Positions 18,596 through 28,474 of a stretch of 64,000 nucleotides of DNA are shown here, in pieces (the first letter of the stretch is position 1; each line of letters opens with the position of its first letter). The position numbers and the translations under genes were made by a program. The DNA is from Planctomycetota bacterium (GTDB taxonomy: Bacteria; Planctomycetota; UBA8108; SXIK01), in the NCBI GenBank assembly GCA_965223845.1, contig CBDCXR010000004.1:2144001-2208000 (forward strand), given 5' to 3'. The notes under the pieces were generated by a model. That model was not told the origin of the DNA. It made no database searches and was given only the letters and a program-made list of their open reading frames with translations.

Positions 18596-19030
18596 TTACC
18601 GTGAGAGCTTTCCGAGCGCGGCGGTCAGCACGGCGCGCGCGCCGTCCGCACTCAGCTCGCTCGATTCGTCGATGCGATCGAGGACTTCACCCTCTGGAGA
18701 AAGAAGAACGACTTCCGGGACGTACCTCGTGCTCTTCCACTCACTGGCGGGGGCGCCGGCACCGGGATTTCGGGGGTCGACCTTCAGGAGCACGAAACGG
18801 TCGAGCAAGGAGCGAACTTCGGGGAGGGAGAACACCCGGTTCTCCAGCTGAACGCAAGCCGGTCACCACGGCCCGCCGAAGTTGATCAGCAGCGGACGGC
18901 CGCTGGCGCTCGCTTCCGCCCGCGCCTCGTCGTAGCTCGACAGATAGCCGAGCGCGTCCTTCGTCGTCGACTCGCCGGCCTCGCAACCGAGGAAAAGGAG
19001 AGAAACCAGGGCGCCGAAAACCCATTTCAT
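18596..19030 (-). CDS. Thioredoxin-fold lipoprotein, probable selenoprotein (in-frame TGA at 18863-18865 read as Sec; WUPAC)
   Basis: ORF-track pieces 18863..19099 and 18596..18835 are in the same frame. Read-through gives ...GRPLLINFGGPW-U-PACVQLENRVFSLPEV...RFVLLKVD...YVPEVVLLSPEG; lipobox LLFLGC. Confidence 0.88.
18827..18845 (-). promoter_or_regulatory. Candidate bacterial SECIS hairpin
   Basis: mRNA GGAGAAC-CGGGU-GUUCUCC: 7-bp stem starting 18 nt after the UGA, with a G-containing loop. Confidence 0.65.
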
Positions 19031-19632
19031 GGGAAGACTCCTCGCCAATCGGCGGTCTTGCTGTGTTCCGATTCGATCGTCGTGTCCCGGTCGGGGCACG
19101 ACGCGTCCGACCGATCAGTGTAACATCCCCCGACCGGAGGGCGTCGGACGGGACAGGAGCGCTCGCTTGCGAGTCGAGCTCGCCCACCCTCAAAAATGGG
19201 TGAAACCGGCCCTCGACCGTCTACAATCACGAGGTGCTGGGCGAGACGCGGCGAGCGGAGTCGAAGACGGATTCGGCGCCGGAGGAGCAAAAACGTGCGC
19301 GCCGGGTGGGGCCCCAGCGGTATCGGACGCGCTGGACGGATCGCTTCGAGAGACCGGAAAGGCCACCAGAGTGACGGTTGGGATCGCCTTCGGTGTGTCC
19401 GCGCGGCGCGTGGATTCCCCGTGCCCTGCAGAACCCCGTCGAACGTGGAAAACGGGGATTCTCGAGAGGGCTCCGATGAAGCCTATACCGTCCGTTCGCA
19501 TTTGAACTGAGGAGACCCGCCGCCGTGATCTGAGATCGCGGCGAGGGCGTTGCCGGGCTGAAACGGACGATCGGGCGCAGGCTCGGAGACCGTTCGCGCC
19601 TCGAGAGCAGAACGAGCAGAATCAGGGTCACC

Positions 19633-22600
19633 GTGTCTCGAATCGTCATCACGTTCCCAGACGGCTCTCAGCAGCAGGCGACGCTTCCGCACAGCGGAGT
19701 CGTGCGAATCGGACACAATCCCGCGTGCGAGGTGACCCTCGACGACCCGCAGGTGCGGCCGGTTCACTGCGCGCTCAAGTGCGCCGACGGGCGAGTCGTT
19801 CTCGTCGTTCCGGAGGGCGGCGGGTTCGTGACCCTCGGGGACGAGCCCGTGACAAAGCGTGCAATGGAATCGGGCGATGAGCTGAAGATCGGCCGCCTTC
19901 GGCTGAGCTTCGTGATCACGGACACCGATCCGAACGTCGGCACCACGCTCGCCGGCTACCACGTCGAGGCGCGGCTCGGAGCGGGAGCGATGGGGACGGT
20001 GTATCGGGCGAAGCAACTCTCGCTCGATCGACCCGTCGCGCTGAAGCTTCTTTCGCCGTCTCTCACTCAGGACCACAAGTTCGTTCAGGGCTTTCTCAAG
20101 GAGGCGCGAAACGTGGCGCGCCTCAACAATCCGAAGGTCGTCCAGATCTACGACGCCGGACAGGAAGACGGCCGATTCTACTTCTCGATGGAGTATCTTC
20201 CCGGCGGCACCCTGGAGAGCTTGCTTCGAGGCGGACAGCGCGTCGAAGTCGAGCGCGCCCTCGAGATCGCGCTCGACGCCGCCGAGGCGCTCGCGTGGGC
20301 GGAAGAGCAGGGCATCGTTCACCGCGACGTCAAGCCGGCGAACCTTCTGATCGCCGACGACGGATCGGTCAAGCTGAGCGACCTCGGCATCGCGTTCGAC
20401 GTCTCGGGCGCGACGGCGGAGCAGCAGCGCCGCGTCGGATCGCCGAAGTACATGGCTCCCGAGCAGGCGGCGGGTGAACGCGTCGATCACCGCGCGGACG
20501 TCTACGGACTGGGCGCCACCCTGTTCCATCTCATCGCGGGGCGCCCGCCCTTCAAGGGACGCACCCACGCCGAGGTCCTCAAGCAAAAGCTCGCCCACGA
20601 CGCGCCGCGTCTCTCGTCGGTCGTTCGAAACGTCTCGCCGGAAGTCGACGACCTCGTCGCAAAAATGCTCGCGCGGTCTCCCTCCGCCCGGTTCGGCAGC
20701 TGCGCGGAAATGCGGGCTGCCGTTGCCGACGTCTACGGCGTGCTCACCGGAACCGGGGAGCAGACCGACGGAGTGCGCGGTCTCGCCTCGGAGGCTTCGG
20801 CTCCGACATCGAAGCGCCACAACGAGGCGATCGTCATCGGGATCGCCTCGCTCATCGTGGTCATCGCCGGATTCTGGGCGTTCTCGGGTGGAGGCGACGC
20901 GCCTTCGCCGACTCCCGCCGATTCCGGGGGCACTGCGACGGCCGGAGAAACCGGAGACGGGACGAGTCAGCCACCCCTGAAAGGCACAACGACTCCCGGG
21001 GCGGAGACGGAGTTGCCGTCGGAGCTCGCGGACCGACTCGCGCGGATGCGGCAGCACACGACGGGCGATGGCGGGGACAGCCCGGGCAACAACGGCGGTT
21101 CGGGAGCCTCCTCGTCGACGCTCGAGGACGCCGACCTCGCCGTCACGCGCGAGTTGGGCGACATCGCTCGAGTGTGGAGGAGCGGTCTCATCGACGATCG
21201 TTCCGCCCTCCGGCGGATTGCCCGCTTTCGCGAACGCCACCCGGAGCCGAAGTACGAAGCAGACATCCGCCAGGTTCTCACCGATATCGAGAAGAGCGTC
21301 CGCGAAAAGAACGAGAAACGGCTCCAAGAGGAGCTCGAAAAGACGATCGCGCCGCTCATCGCGGCGTCGAACTTCGCTGAAGCCGAGACACAACTCGGCG
21401 AGCTAAGGGACGCATTCCCGGATCAGACGGTAACGATCGAGCGCGAGCTCCAATCGCTCGCAGAGAAGGCCTCGGCCCTCTGGGGAGAGGTCTCGGAGGC
21501 CGCCGCGACGGCCCTCAACGCCGGTAACTTCGACGTTGCGGAGCACATTCTCCGCCCTCTCACAAAATCGTTTCCGACGGTGCTTCAGGGGGAGATCGAA
21601 GCGAAGCTCGCCGAGATCACCGCGGCGAAGACGGACTACGAAACTGCCGCGGCAGGATTCGTCGGAGTCGAAGCGGAAATCCAGCACGCGATGGCGCTCG
21701 CGCGTTTCGACGAAGCGCTCAAGCTCGCGGAGACGCTCCCGCAGCCTTCGGGGGACGCACTGAGTGACCGGATCCTCAAGCAGCGCCGCGCGCTGACGGT
21801 TGCCGAAACGCAACTGTGCGCGGACGCGTGGAATCGACTCGAGCGCGGCGTCGCAGAGCTCGCGAAGGAGTCCTCTACGGTGCAGCTGCGACTCGTTGGT
21901 CAGTCCGTAGATGATGGCGCCCCGGTAAAGTTCAAGTCGGTGGACGGTCGCTTCCTCGTCTATGTCGAGCGCGACCGGACGAAACGAGTGCCGGTGCTCG
22001 ATCTAGACTCGCAGGTTCTCGAGAACGCGACGAAGAAAGCAGTCGCGGACGGAGGGGGCGAGACGCATCCGGTCGAAGCGCTCGGTGTTCTGGTCCTCCA
22101 CACTCAGGGCCCGCACCGCGCGGAGGGTTTTCTCACGAACGCGGCGGTCTTGGGCGCCGAGCGCCAAGGAGAGTACCTCCTCCGCCTGAAGATGGATGAG
22201 GCGCCGTGGCTCAAGCGCACGGTCGGATCGCTCGAGCGTCGCCGGGACGAGCTTCGCGGCGCGCCGGGCGAATCAGCGAGCGGGAAAGCGCTCGAGCGCT
22301 GGAGGGGACTCCTCGAGGTGACGAGCCGGACCATTCGAGCGACGCGCTCACGACCGGCGTACCGAGGCTACCGCGATCGGCTCGCCGCGCTCTTCCTCGA
22401 CGGTCACGCGGCGCTCGCCGGCCCCGACGGACTCGCTTCGCTCGTCAACGGCAAGGTAAAGAACAAGAGAAACGGCCTAGTCGAAATCTCGTACGACTTC
22501 AAAGAAAAGTCTCAGCTCCGCGACTTCCACCCCGTCCACCGCTCCTCGAGCAGTGTTTCGCACTATCAAAAATCCGCTCGCATCCGCGGTGAGATTCGCT

Positions 22601-23289
22601 ACCTCCGCGGGGAGCCGTTCCGCCGGCGGCTCACCGTCACCGGCCTCGTCCCCGCGAAGGGGTATTCCTTGGCGGCCCCCAACATCAACATCGCGCTCTG
22701 GACGCACGACGATGATCGCGTGTCCACGATCGGAAGCACCATCAGCAGCTCGTCCTCGTCGTCGTCATCGATCACCACGTTCTTCGATGACGATGGCGCG
22801 AGTCCAAACGACTTCATGGTCTTCGGGATCGGCTACCACTACGACACGCGCGGCTATCTGAGAGTTCGCGGCATCAACAACATCGTTCCGATGCCGGCGA
22901 TGGCGTTTCTCGGCGGCGAGCGAGGTAAGCGCCTCAGCGTCTACTCGTCGTCGCAGTGCGTCTGGGCTCGCGGGGTGAGCTCGCAGGTCAAGGGCGCTCA
23001 GGCGTTTCGCATCGCGGTCGCCCCCGAGCGCATTTCGTGGCAGGTGAACCGAAAGACGATCCCGATTCACAAGTCGGACGAATACGATCGCTTCGATCGC
23101 GAAGAGCCGTACACCGGTTCGATCACGATCTTCACGAATCGGCAGACCGTCTTCTACAAGATGCTGACCTTCGAGGGCGAGCTCAACCCCGACTGGGTCG
23201 GAAAAGAGCTCCGCCGCCGGGCGGAGAGCGACTTACGCGCGATCGAGCCATCGTTTCCGTTCAAGTCCTCCCGCAGCCGCTCGCGGTAG
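19633..23289 (+). CDS. Hanks-type Ser/Thr kinase with N-terminal FHA-like domain, TM helix and large helical/beta extracytoplasmic region
   Basis: LGAGAMGTVY, VALK, HRDVKPAN, DLG, GSPKYMAPE; TM IVIGIASLIVVIAGFWAF. Confidence 0.92.
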   Translation: MSRIVITFPDGSQQQATLPHSGVVRIGHNPACEVTLDDPQVRPVHCALKCADGRVVLVVPEGGGFVTLGDEPVTKRAMESGDELKIGRLRLSFVITDTDPNVGTTLAGYHVEARLGAGAMGTVYRAKQLSLDRPVALKLLSPSLTQDHKFVQGFLKEARNVARLNNPKVVQIYDAGQEDGRFYFSMEYLPGGTLESLLRGGQRVEVERALEIALDAAEALAWAEEQGIVHRDVKPANLLIADDGSVKLSDLGIAFDVSGATAEQQRRVGSPKYMAPEQAAGERVDHRADVYGLGATLFHLIAGRPPFKGRTHAEVLKQKLAHDAPRLSSVVRNVSPEVDDLVAKMLARSPSARFGSCAEMRAAVADVYGVLTGTGEQTDGVRGLASEASAPTSKRHNEAIVIGIASLIVVIAGFWAFSGGGDAPSPTPADSGGTATAGETGDGTSQPPLKGTTTPGAETELPSELADRLARMRQHTTGDGGDSPGNNGGSGASSSTLEDADLAVTRELGDIARVWRSGLIDDRSALRRIARFRERHPEPKYEADIRQVLTDIEKSVREKNEKRLQEELEKTIAPLIAASNFAEAETQLGELRDAFPDQTVTIERELQSLAEKASALWGEVSEAAATALNAGNFDVAEHILRPLTKSFPTVLQGEIEAKLAEITAAKTDYETAAAGFVGVEAEIQHAMALARFDEALKLAETLPQPSGDALSDRILKQRRALTVAETQLCADAWNRLERGVAELAKESSTVQLRLVGQSVDDGAPVKFKSVDGRFLVYVERDRTKRVPVLDLDSQVLENATKKAVADGGGETHPVEALGVLVLHTQGPHRAEGFLTNAAVLGAERQGEYLLRLKMDEAPWLKRTVGSLERRRDELRGAPGESASGKALERWRGLLEVTSRTIRATRSRPAYRGYRDRLAALFLDGHAALAGPDGLASLVNGKVKNKRNGLVEISYDFKEKSQLRDFHPVHRSSSSVSHYQKSARIRGEIRYLRGEPFRRRLTVTGLVPAKGYSLAAPNINIALWTHDDDRVSTIGSTISSSSSSSSSITTFFDDDGASPNDFMVFGIGYHYDTRGYLRVRGINNIVPMPAMAFLGGERGKRLSVYSSSQCVWARGVSSQVKGAQAFRIAVAPERISWQVNRKTIPIHKSDEYDRFDREEPYTGSITIFTNRQTVFYKMLTFEGELNPDWVGKELRRRAESDLRAIEPSFPFKSSRSRSR

Positions 23290-23338
23290 CGCAGCCCATC
23301 GAACCGGCGCTGAGCTTCGGCCTGAGTCGCGTCCGGCT

Positions 23339-24019
23339 TCAAGCGTGAGCGAGTCGTACGAAGGTTCGCGTTCCCGCTCCCGACGGGAGCGCACGCGATC
23401 CCACGAGCTCGGCGGAGAGGCCGAGCCGCCGAGCGAGCGGTCGTGCGGCTTCGAGTTCGGCGCCGACGCGGGGGCCCTTGTAGAGAAAGAGCTCCTTAAA
23501 CCGGTGGTGAACGGGGCGGAGGACCCGAAGCAAGCGCTCGATCGGGGCAACGGCTCGCGCGACCACGACGTCCACCGAACGCTCCGCGAGGACGAGCTCC
23601 GCTCGCGCCGCGACGACCTCGACGTTCGTTCGCCGGGGGATCGGCTCCGCCGCGAGGGCGTCGCGGACTTCGGTGAGGAATGCAGCCTTCTTCTGTACGG
23701 ACTCGACCAAGACGACCCGCGTCTCCGCCAGAGCAAGTGCCAGCGGGACGCCCGGAAATCCGGCTCCGCTCCCGAGGTCGAGGATCGTCGAGGCATGCGC
23801 GAGCTCGCGCCATGGGAGGAGGCTGTCGAGCGCGTGCTTGATGACGAGCTCGGCGTCGTCGCGAATCGCGGTCAGGTTCAGGCGATGGTTCGCCGCGGCG
23901 ACGAGCTCGAGATGACGATTCGCCAGATGGACTACGTTCGCTCGATTGGGAAGGTCGGACGGAAGGAGCCGGTCGAGCGACTCGGCGAATCGCCCGCCCG
24001 TTTCGGCCGCTTCCCTCAT
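23339..24019 (-). CDS. rsmG: 16S rRNA m7G527 methyltransferase RsmG (GidB)
   Basis: NLTAI, HALDSL, LDLGSGAGFPG, VESVQKK, VARAV, YKG; ATG overlaps clpX stop. Confidence 0.93.
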   Translation of the reverse strand: MREAAETGGRFAESLDRLLPSDLPNRANVVHLANRHLELVAAANHRLNLTAIRDDAELVIKHALDSLLPWRELAHASTILDLGSGAGFPGVPLALALAETRVVLVESVQKKAAFLTEVRDALAAEPIPRRTNVEVVAARAELVLAERSVDVVVARAVAPIERLLRVLRPVHHRFKELFLYKGPRVGAELEAARPLARRLGLSAELVGSRALPSGAGTRTFVRLAHA

Positions 24020-25746
24020 GAGACGCCGGAAGTCGATCCGTGTGTCTCTTCCGTGCCCGGCTCGCGGTCCGCCAGCCACAGCTCGACGCCGTCACCGGGA
24101 CGACTCAGGATCTGGGGGGTTACCGGGAACGACTCCCGCCCGGTTTCTTCGCGAAGCTTGACGAGAAACTCGGTGTGATCGTCGAACACCTGCTCGAGAT
24201 ACTCGACGACGTCGAGCGACATCTCCTCGGCGATCGCCCCGGCCATCGTCGACGCCGCTTCGTCCAGCTCGAGTCTCACCCCGTGTCGCCGGGCGAATTC
24301 GCGCTCGAATCGGCGCACCTCGAGCAAGGCGAATTCCCGCTCGACGGACGACGGATCCGCGATGAGACGATCGAGAGCACTACGGGGGTCGGCGATGAGC
24401 TCGGATGTGACGACGAAGCGCTCGATGTGGCGCTGGGAGGGGAGCTCGAACTTGAAGTCACGCAGCGCCGCTTCGAGGATCGTCATCAGTCCGCGCGCCC
24501 CGGTTTCTTCATCTTTCGCGAGCGCAGCGACCGCTCGAAGCGCTCCGTCATCGAAGGCGACGTCGATCGAGTACCCGCGAAAGCTCTCGACGTGTTGCCG
24601 CAGAATCGAACCTTCCGAAGTCGCGAGAATCTCGAAGAGGTCGTCTTCCGTCAGTCCCGAAAGGGCGACGCGAATCGGCAATCGACCGATGAACTCGGGC
24701 TCGAAACCGTAGTCGACGAAATCCTTCGTCGCCACCTCGCCGAGGACGAGCTCCGTTCGCGGCTCAGTAGTGGCCGGCTGCTTCGCGCCGAATCCGACGC
24801 GCTGCGCGGAAAGTCGCTTTTCGACGATCTCGTCGAGACCGGAAAACGCTCCACTGACGACGAAGAGTATGTGTTTCGTGTTGATCATCCGCCGCGCGAC
24901 TGCGCCGGAGCGTGACTGCATGAGCTCCTGAAACTGCGCGCTGATGTCGTTCGGGCTCCGCGCCGGAACATCGGTGTCCTCGAGAAGCTTCAGAAGTCCG
25001 GTCTGAACGCCTCGTCCGCTGACGTCACGACCGGTCGAATTCTGAGCGGCCGCGATCTTGTCGATCTCGTCGAGAAAGATGATCCCGTATTCGGCGAGCT
25101 CGATGTCGCCGTCGGCAACGCGGACGAGCTCGCGGACGAGCTCGTCGACGTCCATACCCACGTAACCCGTCTCCGAGAACTTCGTGATGTCCGCCTTGAC
25201 GAACGGGACGCCGAGAAGCTGGGCGAGAGTGCGGATGAGATAGGTCTTTCCGACGCCGGTGGGCCCCAGCAGGATGACGTTCTGCTTGACGTAGTCGATG
25301 TCGTCGGTCGCGCCTTCGTGCGCCCGGCGCGCGTGGTTGTAGTGGTCGCATACCGCGACCGCCAGCGTGCGCTTCGCTTGCTCCTGACCGATGACGAACC
25401 GATCGAGATGCGCTTTCACTTCGGCCGGCTTCATCGAGAAGTCGAGGGCTTCGCTGCGTCGATGCCTCAGCTCCTCCGCGTCCTCGACTTCGTCGGTCGG
25501 CGGCGATGGCGCGGCCCCGACCGGAGAGAAGAAAACATTCGTCTCGCCGAACCGATCCTTGAAGAACTCTTGAAGATCTTTTTGGATCTCCTCGGGCGAA
25601 GGAGTCTTCGGCCCCTCTTCGCGGCGATCGCCACCCGGATCGCGCTCCACATCCCCCGAGCCGTCGCCGCCCGAGGCGGAGTCGCCCGACTTCTGAGTGT
25701 CGTCTTGGTCGCTCGTGTCCGGTTCCGTCGTCATCGCGGTTCTCAT
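24016..25746 (-). CDS. clpX: ClpX-family AAA+ ATPase lacking the N-terminal zinc finger
   Basis: VIGQEQAK, GPTGVGKT, FSETGYVG, FLDEIDKI, RDVSGRGVQ..LLKLLE, VGF loop, PEFIGRLP, TGARGL. Confidence 0.88.
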   Translation of the reverse strand: MRTAMTTEPDTSDQDDTQKSGDSASGGDGSGDVERDPGGDRREEGPKTPSPEEIQKDLQEFFKDRFGETNVFFSPVGAAPSPPTDEVEDAEELRHRRSEALDFSMKPAEVKAHLDRFVIGQEQAKRTLAVAVCDHYNHARRAHEGATDDIDYVKQNVILLGPTGVGKTYLIRTLAQLLGVPFVKADITKFSETGYVGMDVDELVRELVRVADGDIELAEYGIIFLDEIDKIAAAQNSTGRDVSGRGVQTGLLKLLEDTDVPARSPNDISAQFQELMQSRSGAVARRMINTKHILFVVSGAFSGLDEIVEKRLSAQRVGFGAKQPATTEPRTELVLGEVATKDFVDYGFEPEFIGRLPIRVALSGLTEDDLFEILATSEGSILRQHVESFRGYSIDVAFDDGALRAVAALAKDEETGARGLMTILEAALRDFKFELPSQRHIERFVVTSELIADPRSALDRLIADPSSVEREFALLEVRRFEREFARRHGVRLELDEAASTMAGAIAEEMSLDVVEYLEQVFDDHTEFLVKLREETGRESFPVTPQILSRPGDGVELWLADREPGTEETHGSTSGVS

Positions 25747-26121
25747 CGTCGACCCGTCCCGCGCGCGGAGCGGGGCGAGCGTCGGGAGACTCCTTCGTAG
25801 AAAAGAGAAACGCCGCGGGCGCGGCGGGGGAGTGACACCGGGGATAGAATACCGCGTCTCGAGTCCTGCTCCCGAAGAATCTCGGCGATCGCGCCGCTTC
25901 TCCTCCGTGCGTTCGCCCGTTCCGTTCGCGGCTTCGACCGCCGCTCACGGAACGAAATCCTAACGCGCGCCGGCCGGTGACGGTGACCCGCCCGCGCGTC
26001 TCTCGCACGGGATACACGACACTGTTTCGACTAGCGAACGATTCGGAGATACGAATTCGTGGAAAGCGACGCGGACGACCTGGTCACAGGCCCGGGAGAA
26101 CACCCAAGGAGAGACGAATCG

Positions 26122-27279
26122 TTGAACCGGGCTCGTCCATCGGCGGACCGAGCACCTCGTCTCCGCGTTCTCTGTCTCGAGCCCTACTTCGGCCTCTCGC
26201 ATGAGACGTTCCTCGAAGGCTACCGGCGGTTCTCGCGTCACGAGGTGGAGATCTGGAGTCTCCCGCCGCGGAAATGGAAGTGGCGGATGCGAGGAGCCGT
26301 GTACGAGTTTTGCCGTCGCGCGCGCGAGGAGAGTTCGCCTCCAGATGTGATTCTCGCATCGGACTACGTTCACCTCGCCGAATGGAAGGCCCTCGCGCCG
26401 GCGGGCTATCGCGAAACGCCGAGTGTCATCTACTTTCACGAGAACCAGCTCACCTACCCGCTATCCGAAGGCGCGCCGCCCGATTTTCACTACGGCTGGA
26501 TCAATCTGAGCTCGGCGCTCGCCGCCGAGCGCGTGCTCTTCAATTCGGGCTATCACCGGCGCGAATTCCTCGGCGGAGTCGCCGCCGCGCTCGGGCGGAT
26601 GCCGGATTTCGTTCCGGAGCATCTTCCCGCCGAGATCGAGCGGAAGTCCGGCGTGTTTCCCGTCGGAAACGATTTCTCCGTTCACCGCAAGATTCTCGCC
26701 GCCGCGGAGGAGCGTTCGAGCGAGACGCCGATCATCGTCTGGAATCATCGCTGGGAGTACGACAAGGACCCCGACCGCGCGGTCGAGGCGCTCATCGCTC
26801 TCAAGCGCCGGGGGATCCCGTTCCGCGCCGATCTTTGCGGGGAGGTGTTCGAGCAGCGCCCGGCCGCCTTCGAACGCGCGCGGCGAGAGCTCGAAGGATG
26901 TCTCGTTCAAATCGGCTACTACGAGGATCACACCGCGTACCTCGAAGCTTTGGTGCGTGCCGACTTCGTCCTATCGACGGCCCGGCACGAGTTCTTCGGG
27001 GTTGCCGTGGTCGAGGCGATGTACATGGGCTGCATCCCGATCCTGCCGCACGATCTCAGCTATCCCGAAATCGTCCCGGCCGCCTGCCACGCCGATCTTC
27101 TCTACGAACGTAAGGCGCCGCTCGATCGCGTACTCGAGCGCGTGCTCGCGAGCCCCCCGATTCAGCATCGCGAGGCCCTCCGAGCCGCGGCCGCGCGGAG
27201 CGATTGGACCCACCTAGCGGGCGAGCTCGACGCGATCGTCGACGAGACGGCGGGGCGGGCGAACCGCCGGGGAGCGTGA
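26122..27279 (+). CDS. GT-B glycosyltransferase, DUF3524/GTDC1 (tRNA-queuosine mannosyltransferase-like) family
   Basis: LEPYFGLSH, LPPRKWKWRMRG, YFHENQLTYP, WNHRWEYDK, STARHEFFG; TTG start after AAGGAG. Confidence 0.88.
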   Translation: MNRARPSADRAPRLRVLCLEPYFGLSHETFLEGYRRFSRHEVEIWSLPPRKWKWRMRGAVYEFCRRAREESSPPDVILASDYVHLAEWKALAPAGYRETPSVIYFHENQLTYPLSEGAPPDFHYGWINLSSALAAERVLFNSGYHRREFLGGVAAALGRMPDFVPEHLPAEIERKSGVFPVGNDFSVHRKILAAAEERSSETPIIVWNHRWEYDKDPDRAVEALIALKRRGIPFRADLCGEVFEQRPAAFERARRELEGCLVQIGYYEDHTAYLEALVRADFVLSTARHEFFGVAVVEAMYMGCIPILPHDLSYPEIVPAACHADLLYERKAPLDRVLERVLASPPIQHREALRAAAARSDWTHLAGELDAIVDETAGRANRRGA

Positions 27280-27352
27280 CTCCGTTGCCGGATGCCGACC
27301 GTCGCTCCTTCCCCCTTTTCTTGCTCCGGTCCTGCGCTAAACTGTCGCCCTT

Positions 27353-28474
27353 ATGGAACCTCAGCCTGCTTCAGAACGACGCGCGACCGTCCGCGAGCTC
27401 GCTGAAATCGCGGGAGGCGAACTGATCGGGGGCGGCGATCGCGAGATTCGCCGCGCGGCCTCGCTCGATTCCGCCGACGCCGACGCGATCGTCTTCGTCG
27501 ACGGCCCTCGGTACGCGTCCTCCCTCGCGAGTTCGAGGGCCGGTGCGGCGATCGTCCCGCCGGACACGGATCTGCCCGAGAACATGAGCGGAATCGTCCA
27601 CCCGATGCCCGCGCTCGGAATGGCGAAGGCGTCGACGTACCTCCACCCGACCCCGCGGCGCTACCGCGGTGTGTCGCCGCAGGCGATCGTCGACGAATCG
27701 GCGGAGATCGGCGAGGACGCGGGAGTCGCGCCGGGCGCGGTTGTCGGGCCGGGCGCTCGCATCGGAGCTCGCTCCGAGATCCACCCGACGGCGACGATCG
27801 GACCGGGAGCAGTCGTCGGTGAGGACTGCATCGTGCACGCCGGCGTGCACGTCTACGCCGGCTGCACTCTCGGCGATCGCGTGATCATCCACAGCGGTGC
27901 GGTCGTCGGCGCCGATGGCTATGGATTCACGCAAGAGCCTACGCCGGACACGGCTCCCGAACTTCCGGTGCGCCATCGCAAGGTGCCTCAGATCGGAACG
28001 GTGATCATCGAAGACGACGTCGAGATCGGCGCGAACTCGACCATCGATCGCGCCGCCTTCGATACGACGCGGATCGGGCGCGGAACCAAGATCGACAACC
28101 TCGTCATGATCGCCCACAACTGCGAGATCGGTCGGCACTGTCTAATCGTCGGGCAGGTCGGGATCTCCGGTTCGACGCGAATCGGCGACTACGTCACGAT
28201 CGCCGGCCAGGCGGGACTCACCGGCCATATCGAAATCGGCGATCGCGCCATCATCGGCGCCCAAGCGGGCGTGACGAAGAGCGTTTCGAGTGGCTCTGCC
28301 GTCCTCGGGAGCCCGGCGATCGATCTCCGGCGCGCGCGGCGGATGTTCGCCGTTATGGAGAAGCTTCCGGAGCGGATGCCGGATCTTCGCGCTCGGGTTG
28401 CGGAGTGCGAACGCCGACTGGCGGAGTCGTCTCCTCCTCTCGCGGCGGAAAACGACGACGCTTCTCCCGAGTGA
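27353..28474 (+). CDS. lpxD: UDP-3-O-acylglucosamine N-acyltransferase
   Basis: Hexapeptide repeats; [37 protein letters not shown]. Confidence 0.95.
   Translation: MEPQPASERRATVRELAEIAGGELIGGGDREIRRAASLDSADADAIVFVDGPRYASSLASSRAGAAIVPPDTDLPENMSGIVHPMPALGMAKASTYLHPTPRRYRGVSPQAIVDESAEIGEDAGVAPGAVVGPGARIGARSEIHPTATIGPGAVVGEDCIVHAGVHVYAGCTLGDRVIIHSGAVVGADGYGFTQEPTPDTAPELPVRHRKVPQIGTVIIEDDVEIGANSTIDRAAFDTTRIGRGTKIDNLVMIAHNCEIGRHCLIVGQVGISGSTRIGDYVTIAGQAGLTGHIEIGDRAIIGAQAGVTKSVSSGSAVLGSPAIDLRRARRMFAVMEKLPERMPDLRARVAECERRLAESSPPLAAENDDASPE

Noticed and set aside
18863-18865. Genome-wide TGA reassignment (Trp/Gly) as the explanation for the read-through
   Set aside because: Many clear genes here end at TGA (galM, both oxidoreductases, lpxD, mreB), so TGA is a normal stop and this case is site-specific.
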